Origin: Octopus vulgaris
Lineage: Eukaryota
DNA length: 64,000 nt
Direction: 5' to 3'
Assembly: GCA_951406725.2 (NCBI GenBank)
Contig: OX597830.1
Coordinates: 20,212,001 to 20,276,000 of the forward strand
Of this stretch, positions 54,686 through 64,000 are shown in pieces. The notes beneath the pieces are model-generated. The model did no database searches, was not told the origin of the DNA, and worked only from the letters and a program-made list of their open reading frames with translations. The translations under genes were made by a program, and so were the position numbers. Within the stretch, counting starts at the first letter, position 1, and the number at the start of each line of letters is the position of its first letter.

Positions 54686-55052
54686 ATGTGTTTATGTGTT
54701 TGTGTTTGTCCCCCCTCCCAACATCGCTTCACAACTGATGATAGTGTGTTTACGTCCCCGTAACTTAACGGTTCGGCAAAAGAGACCGATATAATAAGTA
54801 CTAGGCTTACAAAGAATAAGTCCTGGGGTCGATTTGCTCGACTAAAGGCGGTGCTCCAATATGGCCACAGTCAAATGGCTGAAACAAGTAAAAAAGTAAA
54901 AGAGTACAGATAACCACGACATCTGGGACCTATAAAAATCTGCAAGACCTTAAGATTTAAAGGATGATGCTTTAAAGAAGATACTTTCCGTCACAACCTT
55001 GCTACCAAGTCGGTGGCCGGTCAAAATTCTATTCGCATATAACAAATAAAAT
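54378..55052 (+). mobile_element. Second RLE-type 3' remnant, interrupted by a SINE
   Basis: GYVPTRLEQ-like segment before the SINE and QITTTSGT.KICKT.RFK after it. Confidence 0.5.
54472..54905 (+). mobile_element. SINE family A, full length
   Basis: Matches 6361-6766. Confidence 0.92.
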
Positions 55053-55066
55053 CTGTAAGTGTAAGA

Positions 55067-55218
55067 GTAAAAATATGCAAGACTTTTCTCAAGTTTAAAA
55101 TGTGATATTTTTATCGTAAACTACATTCCAGCGATGGAGCTTTCTATCTTTGTTAGAAACCAGTTCCTTCCTTAGAGGAAGGATTTCAATAATTAAAGGC
55201 AAAAGAAAAACATACATA
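55067..55218 (+). mobile_element. Third RLE-type 3' end, lacking the PLE insertion (empty site)
   Basis: gtaaaaatatgcaagacttttctcaagtttaaaatgtgatatttttatcgtaaactacattcc aligns contiguously to 53799-53846 plus 54123-54218. Confidence 0.85.
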
Positions 55219-55836
55219 TAGTCACAGCATGTCAATTACAAATCTACCGTAGCGCATACATAATCACCGAAAATATCTCACCGCTTCCAGCAGATATGAA
55301 ATATTCACCGAGTTTTCATGTCTTTTACAAAATCCAGAAGTTGTTCTTTGAGATTCTTTAACTCTTCCAAACAATGGTAATCCAAGAATTTATATTCTTG
55401 TAGCTTTTCATTCTGTTTGTATTTTTCTTTTCATTTTTGCGAGTTTTTTTTCTTTTTTCTTTTTTTGTATTTTCTCCCCGCCGTCTTCTATGCAGTAACA
55501 GCAGATTTAACGCTTGTATTGTGATAATCACCAACGCCATATTCATGCGTGTGTATGTATGTATGTATGTATGTATGTATGTATGTATGTATGTATGTAT
55601 GTATGTATGTATGTATGTATGTATGTATGTATGCATGCATGTATGTATGTATGCATGTATGTAATATATGTATGTATGTATATATGTATGTATGTATGTA
55701 ATATGTGTATTATGTACGTATGCATGTATGTATGTATACGTACATGCATACATATGTATGCATACGTACATGCATACATCTGTATGTACGTATGTATGCA
55801 TGCATGCATGTATGTATGTATGCATGTATGTATGTA

Positions 55837-55869
<33 letters not shown>

Positions 55870-56111
55870 TGTATGTATGTATGTATGTGATATATGTATT
55901 ATGTACGTATGCATGTATGTATATATGTATGTATGCATATATGTATACGCGCGTACGTATGTATGCATATGTACGTATGTGTATCTATGCATGTATGTTT
56001 GTATATATGTGTATTTATGAGTGCATGTTTGTGTACGTGCATGGATCTGTGCTGGGGAGTGTATGTGCGTATATGTGTATGCATATATAAACACGCACGC
56101 ACACATATACG

Positions 56112-56164
<53 letters not shown>

Positions 56165-56675
56165 GTGTGTGTGTGTGTGTGTGCGTGTGTGTGTGTGTGT
56201 GTGTTTGTGTGTGTATGTGTGTAACACAATTGCACACACACTCACTCACGCGCATACACACTCGCATACTTAGAAGTATGTATGCATGTATGTATGTTTT
56301 AATATATGTATATATATCTGTGTGAGTGTCCTTATGCGTTGAGAGAAATAAATATATTAATAAGAGAGAATATAAATAAATAAAACTAATAAAGAAAGAA
56401 CTATAAAGAAAGAAAAACATAAAGTAACGAAAGGGTGGGGGTAGAGGGAGAAGGAGAGGGAGAAGATAAGTGTTGGAAGAAAGAGGGAGAAGGAATGAAG
56501 TTTATGAAGGAAAATGGAGAAGAAATGATATGCATGAGAATGAGACGGGAGAGAAGAGATTGAAGGAAGGAAAGAAAGCAATGTAAGAGAATGAGGGGGA
56601 ATATAGATGCCGAGAAAGAAAGAAGCATATAAAGAAAGAATTCTAAATAATGAATGAAAACTAAAAGATGGATAG

Positions 56676-57180
56676 ATACATACATACATACATACATACT
56701 TACATACGTACATACATACATATATACATACACGCATACATACATACATACATACATACATACATACATACATACATACATACATGCATACATACATACA
56801 TATATGGATACATATATACATACATACTTACATGCACACATACATACATACATACATACCTTCATACATACATACATACATACTTACATGCACACATACA
56901 TACATACATACATACATACATACATGCACACATACATACATACATACATACATACATACATACATACATACATACATACATACATACATACATACATGCA
57001 TACATACATACATACATACATACATACATACATACATACATACATACATACATACATACATACATACATACATGCATGCATACATACATACATACATACA
57101 TACATACATACATACATACATACATACATACATACATACATACATACATACATACATACATACATACATACATACATACA

Positions 57181-57213
<33 letters not shown>

Positions 57214-57578
57214 GGATACATATATACATACATACTTACATGCACACATACATACATACATACATACATACATACATACATACATACATACTTACATGCA
57301 CACATACATACATACATACATACATACATACATACATACATACATACATACATACATACATACATACATACATACATACATACATACATACATACATACA
57401 TACATACATACATACATACATACATACATACATACATACATACATACATACATACATACATACATACATACACATACATACATACATACATACATACATA
57501 CATACATACATACAGACAGACATACATACATACATACATACATACATACTTGCATACATACATGCATACATACATACA
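56676..57578. repeat. ~900-bp (CATA)n array; a complementary (TATG)n array lies at 55550-56000
   Basis: Direct reading. Confidence 0.95.
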
Positions 57579-57983
57579 GAGAGAGAAATCGAAAAGGGGA
57601 GACGAGGAATGAAACAAATAAAGACAAGTAGCGAGAAAGAAAGAACAAATGAATAAATATATGAAAGGGGAAAAAGATGAAGGAAGAATGAAAGGAATAA
57701 AAGAAAACAGAAAGGTGGGAAAGAATGGAATGAAGAAATTGAGAGAGAAAGAAAGAATGAAGGAAAGAAAAGAAGAAAGCATGATAGACAGATGCATACA
57801 TACATACATACTTACTTAAAATGCATACATACAATACATACAATACAAAGATACATACATACATATATACATACATACGTACAGAGTTAGAAAGAATGAG
57901 AGAAAGAAAAACATAATGAGAGGGAGAGCGAGAACGAAAGAAATGGAAAGCAAGGTAGACAGAAAGAAAAGAGGAGAGAATGT

Positions 57984-58027
<44 letters not shown>

Positions 58028-58128
58028 AGAAGAAGAAGAAGAAGAAGAAGAAGAAGAAGAAAATGTGAATGAAAAGTTAAAGATGAAGGAAGAGGAGAAC
58101 AAAAAGTTGAAGAAAGATTGTATATGCC

Positions 58129-58174
<46 letters not shown>

Positions 58175-58389
58175 CAACAATAATAACAACAACAATAATA
58201 ATAATAGTGAAAACTAGATAACCAATTCAGAAAAGAAGAAATGACAGGAAAAGAAGGGAAACAGAATTGTTGGCAAAATTTGAAAGAAAGCAGACGATAA
58301 AGAGGAAGGAATAAAGTTTGAGGATGAAGATAAATGGAGAAGAAAATTAGGAAGAATCTTAAGAAAAGATTAAGTAGAATCAAATATAT

Positions 58390-59354
<965 letters not shown>

Positions 59355-60016
59355 AAAAGTAATGCGAAACGAAGAAAAATAAAATAAAAACACTGAAATA
59401 ATTTCATTGAAAAGTAAATATCATTTTTCATCTTGATATAATATATATTTTTTCTCTCTCTTCTGCTCGAGGTAGCCTGTCTGTTTGTTCAAGGTTTTCA
59501 AAAAAAAAACTTTCGTTTTACCTAAGAAAGAAATTTAAAACGGAGGGAAACATTTCAAAAATCTGCTGCAGAAATTATTAAAGAATTTCAATGAAATCTC
59601 TGCAGAAAATAAATACACGACTTCTGCTGTAAGAATCTTGAAGAATTGTTCTAGTTTTTGATGTATTTTTTTATTTCAAAAATATATGTATGGAAGGACT
59701 GTTGTTAAGGATCAAAGTGGGAACAATTATATTTCGAATATTTTAGAGATGAATGCTGGGAAATTGAAAATTCGAAGAAAGATTCAGCTGCCGTAGTTTA
59801 GACTCTAAATTTTGCAAAAGATTGTCAACATGATACAGAGACACACAAATACATGCACCAACTATTATCTACAAACCGATGTATCTGTATGGCATTATAT
59901 ATGTATCTGTGCATAGACGCACACATATCTTATACAAATACACACATACGTGTATATATGTGTGTGTGTGTATCTATGTATGAATATATGTATGTATATG
60001 TGTATATATATGTATG

Positions 60017-60071
<55 letters not shown>

Positions 60072-60670
60072 GTACACGTATTTTTATATGTATATTTATA
60101 CACACATACTTTTATTACATACAAATATACGTGTTTTGTCACAGGCTCACCATATACATGTGTCATTCTCCTCCTCTTCTTCTTCTTCTTCTTCTTCTTC
60201 TTCTTCTTCTTCTTCTTCTTTTTCTTCTTCTTCTTCCTCTTCTTCTTCTTCTCTCACCTCCACTTCATCACCATTATCATTAGCACTTCTCGGTGCCGAG
60301 AATCTAATTCTATTGAATTTATTATCCACGTGTTCTAAGATGGCTGCGTGAGCCTATTTTTCACAATAAAAACTCCAAAGACAAGCACATAATATGTGGA
60401 TCCCAGCTGGATCTAAAAGTCCTTGTTATTTGTATTCTCTCCCCCCCCCGCCCCGTCAACATCTCCGTTTCTCAAATTCCTCTTTAAGTTTACTTTCAAG
60501 TCTCGTCCAACGCGACATTCATCCCCCTCTACTCAGAACTAACGGTCCAATACAGCAACTGTTCCCGAGGAAACATCAATATTAAAATTTCTAAATGTTG
60601 GCTTTATCTAATTCTTGAATCGCCGCTTCGGAGCTCCAGCTGGACGCTTCCCTTCTTGTAATTTCAGAAT

Positions 60671-61053
60671 GGGAGCACACCGTCGGTTACGACGACGAGG
60701 GTTCCGGTTGATCCGAATCAACGGAACAGCCTGCTCGTGAAATTAACGTGTAAGTGGCTGAGCACTCCACAGACACGTGTACCCTTAACGTAGTTCTCGG
60801 GGATATTCAGCGTGACACAGAGAGTGACAAGGCCGGCCCCTTGAAATACAGGTACAACAGAAACAGGAAGTAAGAGTGAGAGAAAGTTGTGGTGAAAGAG
60901 TACAGCAGGGATCACCACCATCCCTGCCGGAGCATCGTGAAGCTCTAGGTGTTTTCGCTCAATAAACACTCACAACGCCCGGTCTGGGAATCGAAACCGC
61001 GATCCTATGACCGCGAGTCCGCTGCCCTAACCACTGGGCCATTGCGCCTCCAC
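60671..61053 (-). mobile_element. SINE family C, full length, with 11-bp TSD
   Basis: TSD aatttcagaat at 60660-60670 and 61054-61064. Near-identical to 35743-36127. Confidence 0.92.
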
Positions 61054-61149
61054 AATTTCAGAATATAAACATGTTCGACTGTTGATAATCTGACATATTT
61101 TAAATGTGGTCATTCCATCTCACACCTTAACTCAATGTTGTTTTGTTCT

Positions 61150-61600
61150 AGTTTAATCAATAATTTCGTTACTCATACCATGAGTTAGCCATCGTATACG
61201 CATGCGTGGTTCGTAGCTTTGCTTAATGGACGCGTTCCAAGATTTTTTTACGTCATATTGATAAAGCGTCCAGAATTCACATCCGTGTAAGAGAGCAATT
61301 ACTTTGTAAATCATCCACTTCGGGCATGTCTTGAAAAACCTGCAAATGGGACATCGCAACAGGAGAGCAGCATGTACAAAACGAATACGATTTGAAATCT
61401 CATCGAAAGTCATGGCATATGTATTGTGAATACTTCTCAGTAAACAGAGATTATTAACTTCTGCAACATGGCGACCGAGAATTTGAATTTAAAAAGATAA
61501 TGTTTTATGGCCACCCGCTTTTGGTGATTGCAGAAGATCGTATTTTTGAATATCAACTTCCAGATCAGAGACCTTTATAAACATCCACAAATATGACTTA
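61150..61600 (-). mobile_element. Decayed RTE-like LINE ORF2 fragment (post-RT)
   Basis: DEISNRI, KWMIYKV..LLHGCEFWTLY and IRW...SNEII resemble the RTE LLYGCETWT motif. Confidence 0.65.
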
Positions 61601-61614
61601 GCGAGAGATTTTAA

Positions 61615-61950
61615 TGCCTATACTTATCGTAAAGTCAATACCACCATGACCGATATCCAAACTACAGTGGAGAAGGCTAGCCACTGGATTTGGTTAAAAA
61701 GAGACGATGAGCGATGGCTAGAAGAATATTGAGCTTTATTTGATAACCAGTTGATCTAGTAAGCAGGGTCTCATATCAGTGAGGGGGCGGTGCGCATTGA
61801 TGCTGTCGAAAGGTAGGCCCCGAAACGGCGTGCGTTCTCTCCTGATGACCCCATACACTTGCTGGCTTCCGGTATGCGGAGTTCTTGACTGGTAGCACTT
61901 GCATGTGCTAGTTGTTTGCAAGACATATTTCCGACGCATTCATCATTAGC
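61615..61950 (+). mobile_element. 3' end of a HERO-like RLE non-LTR retrotransposon (ORF C-terminus plus 3' UTR)
   Basis: DIQTTVEKASHWIWLKRDDERWLEEY* resembles the recalled HERO C-terminal E.AS.W.W.KR...W motif. Confidence 0.55.
61800..61856 (+). ncRNA. Candidate non-circularly permuted hammerhead in a LINE 3' UTR, predicted cleavage after GUC at 61807
   Basis: ATGCTGT-C GAaAG gtagg cccc GAA-ACGGCGT gcgtt CTcTC CTGATGA cc ccatac. Stem III 7 bp, stem I 4 of 5 bp. Confidence 0.55.
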
Positions 61951-62494
61951 ATATTGAAACTCAGAAGGTTTATAATCATTGTTTTTTCCAGCTGTTTTGT
62001 GTCTCCTAAAGATGAAAACGCTCTCATTCTAAAGATTTGGTATAAAAATTCTGGTATGGATTTATAACATTGATTCTTGTATAGCTGTAAAGTATAGATT
62101 TAAAATGGTAGGGGCAAGAAAATCACTCAGTTTAACCCCTATTCAATAGGGAAATATAGGAAAAGTTTTACCTAGCACAGTCACCTGTTACGTATTTCAC
62201 CCAGACTCAAAACCTTCCAGAAGTGAGGCAAATATGCCAAAGTACTCAAGAACATTCCATGTGGAACAGAATCGAAAAATGTTTGACAGGATAATAAATA
62301 TTATATATAGAGAGAGAGCAACGTTGTTCCAGATATTTTTCATGAATCTATCGTAAGAGAGGACCTTATCAGTTGTTTCAACGTCATCTCTAAGACCATG
62401 TTTGCTTTCCGGAAGAATTCGTTCTGCAATGTGAATCAGTGTGTCAACAAGAATTTTGCGAGATATATTTCAGCTAAGAGAAAGAGAGAGAGAG

Positions 62495-62578
<84 letters not shown>

Positions 62579-62878
62579 TGTGCGTGTGTGTGTGTAGGGA
62601 AGAGGAGAAACAGAGAGGTACTTTGATAGTGTCCACATTGTGGGTGATCTGTTTTGAATATCGTTACAATGATAACACAATTTCAAATCTGCAGGTACTT
62701 TGGTCCTGTTCCCAGATAAAAAGAGGATAAGGTATTAAACCCTAAAAGAGAGGATTTGACTCTCAAGTTTAATAAACCCCATTGGAATTTGTTTCGGTTC
62801 TGCATATTTGTAGTTTTGTATTTTCTTATTCGACCACTTTAAGTCTTTGCTTTAAGAGTGAAATATCTTGGCCTAGAG

Positions 62879-63128
62879 CAATGTTTCTCAACCAGGGTCC
62901 ACGTGACCTTTGGAAGCCCATACCAGATTTTGTTGTTAAAATTTATATACAATAAATTGGTTAAACTATTACAATACACAAAATATTTTAACATTTTTTA
63001 TACAATTTCTAATAATATTCAAATATAAAATTAGAATAAAAATTTTAAACTTCAAATGGCTATGGGTTCCAGTAGAGTAAAATAAGAACCAAAGGAATCC
63101 ACAGGCAAAAAATGGTTCAGGACCACTG
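62879..63128. mobile_element. hAT/Charlie-like MITE
   Basis: TIRs caatgtttctcaacc / ggttcaggaccactg. The 8-bp flanks gcctagag / atctagag match the NTCTAGAN target. Confidence 0.8.
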
Positions 63129-64000
63129 ATCTAGAGAAACGATTTGGTGTGGGACGCTTAGTGAGCGATATTTGGCGGGAACGATGATGTGAGACATCAG
63201 TATGAGTAAGATTTTGTATGAGACATTTTCGTGAAACATTGGTGTGGTGTTGGAGATTGATGTGGGTTTTGTGCTTATGTTAGAAGTTGTTGAGTGTTGA
63301 TTAGCAGGATAAGAATTTGCGCTATTTGGTGACATTTCCTTATGTTCTGAGTTCAAATCCAGCCGAGGTCAACTTGACAAAATCAATACAATAAAGTACC
63401 AGTTGTATACTAGCGTCAATGTACTTGACTCTATATGAAGATTTGTACCACAGATAGAATTTGTTGATTAGCAGAATTAGCAGAGCATCGGACAAAATGT
63501 CTTGTAGTGTTTATTTTCCGTTATCTTTAGGTTTGAGGTTCAAATCTCACTGCCATTTATTTACTTCATCTTTCATCTTTTCGGAGTCGAGAAAGCCCTG
63601 GTACCATAATGCATTTTTGACCTGTTGGACATTATTATTCGACCGGTCTACGACCAAATATATCAATAAAATAACTTAAAAAGCCAAATGAACCAATGAT
63701 AGTGCCTGTGTATTCTTGTTCGACTTGCTAGACATAATAGTCAAATATTCCTAAGTTCTTTCAAACCGCGATTACGCTCTAGCTAGGCGTTATTTTGTTT
63801 GACTCTACCCCTGGAAGACGCAAAAACAGTTGACCACATGGTTTAGAATTACGGCTTGGTATTTGGCAAAAACATCATTATTTTCAGAAGTAAACACAAA
63901 AGTATTACCTCATTCCAAGATGTTAAAGACAATCGCTGTCAGCAATGTCTATACTGAAATTTAAAGTCAATAACACAAATCTACAATTAGGTTTATCTTC

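Overview
Eukaryotic, AT-rich, microsatellite-saturated non-coding DNA (intergenic or intronic). The SINE families and repeat style suggest an Octopus-like cephalopod genome; this is an inference from recalled repeat consensus sequences, not a search. I find no intact host protein-coding gene: nearly all listed ORFs are translations of (TA)n, (CA)n, (CATA)n, (AAT)n, (GAT)n or (GGT)n tracts. The window holds decayed LINEs (APE/RTE-like, Tx1/L1-like, RLE-type R4/Dong-like and HERO-like), two Gypsy remnants, Tc1/mariner, hAT, Tigger-like, piggyBac-like and Helitron elements, and three tRNA-derived SINE families. The most notable signal is a dense set of hammerhead ribozyme (HHR) motifs. About ten minimal type I HHRs or HHR-like motifs lie in Penelope-like (PLE) terminal repeats and palindromes, including U3-A8, C4 and U6 core variants. 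Three HHR candidates have their strands in a non-circularly permuted order (cleavage strand, then GAAA strand, then CUGANGA strand): 4779-4848 (+), 25095-25169 (-) and 61800-61856 (+). The first two are homologous and show compensatory changes in stems I and III and an extra helix.
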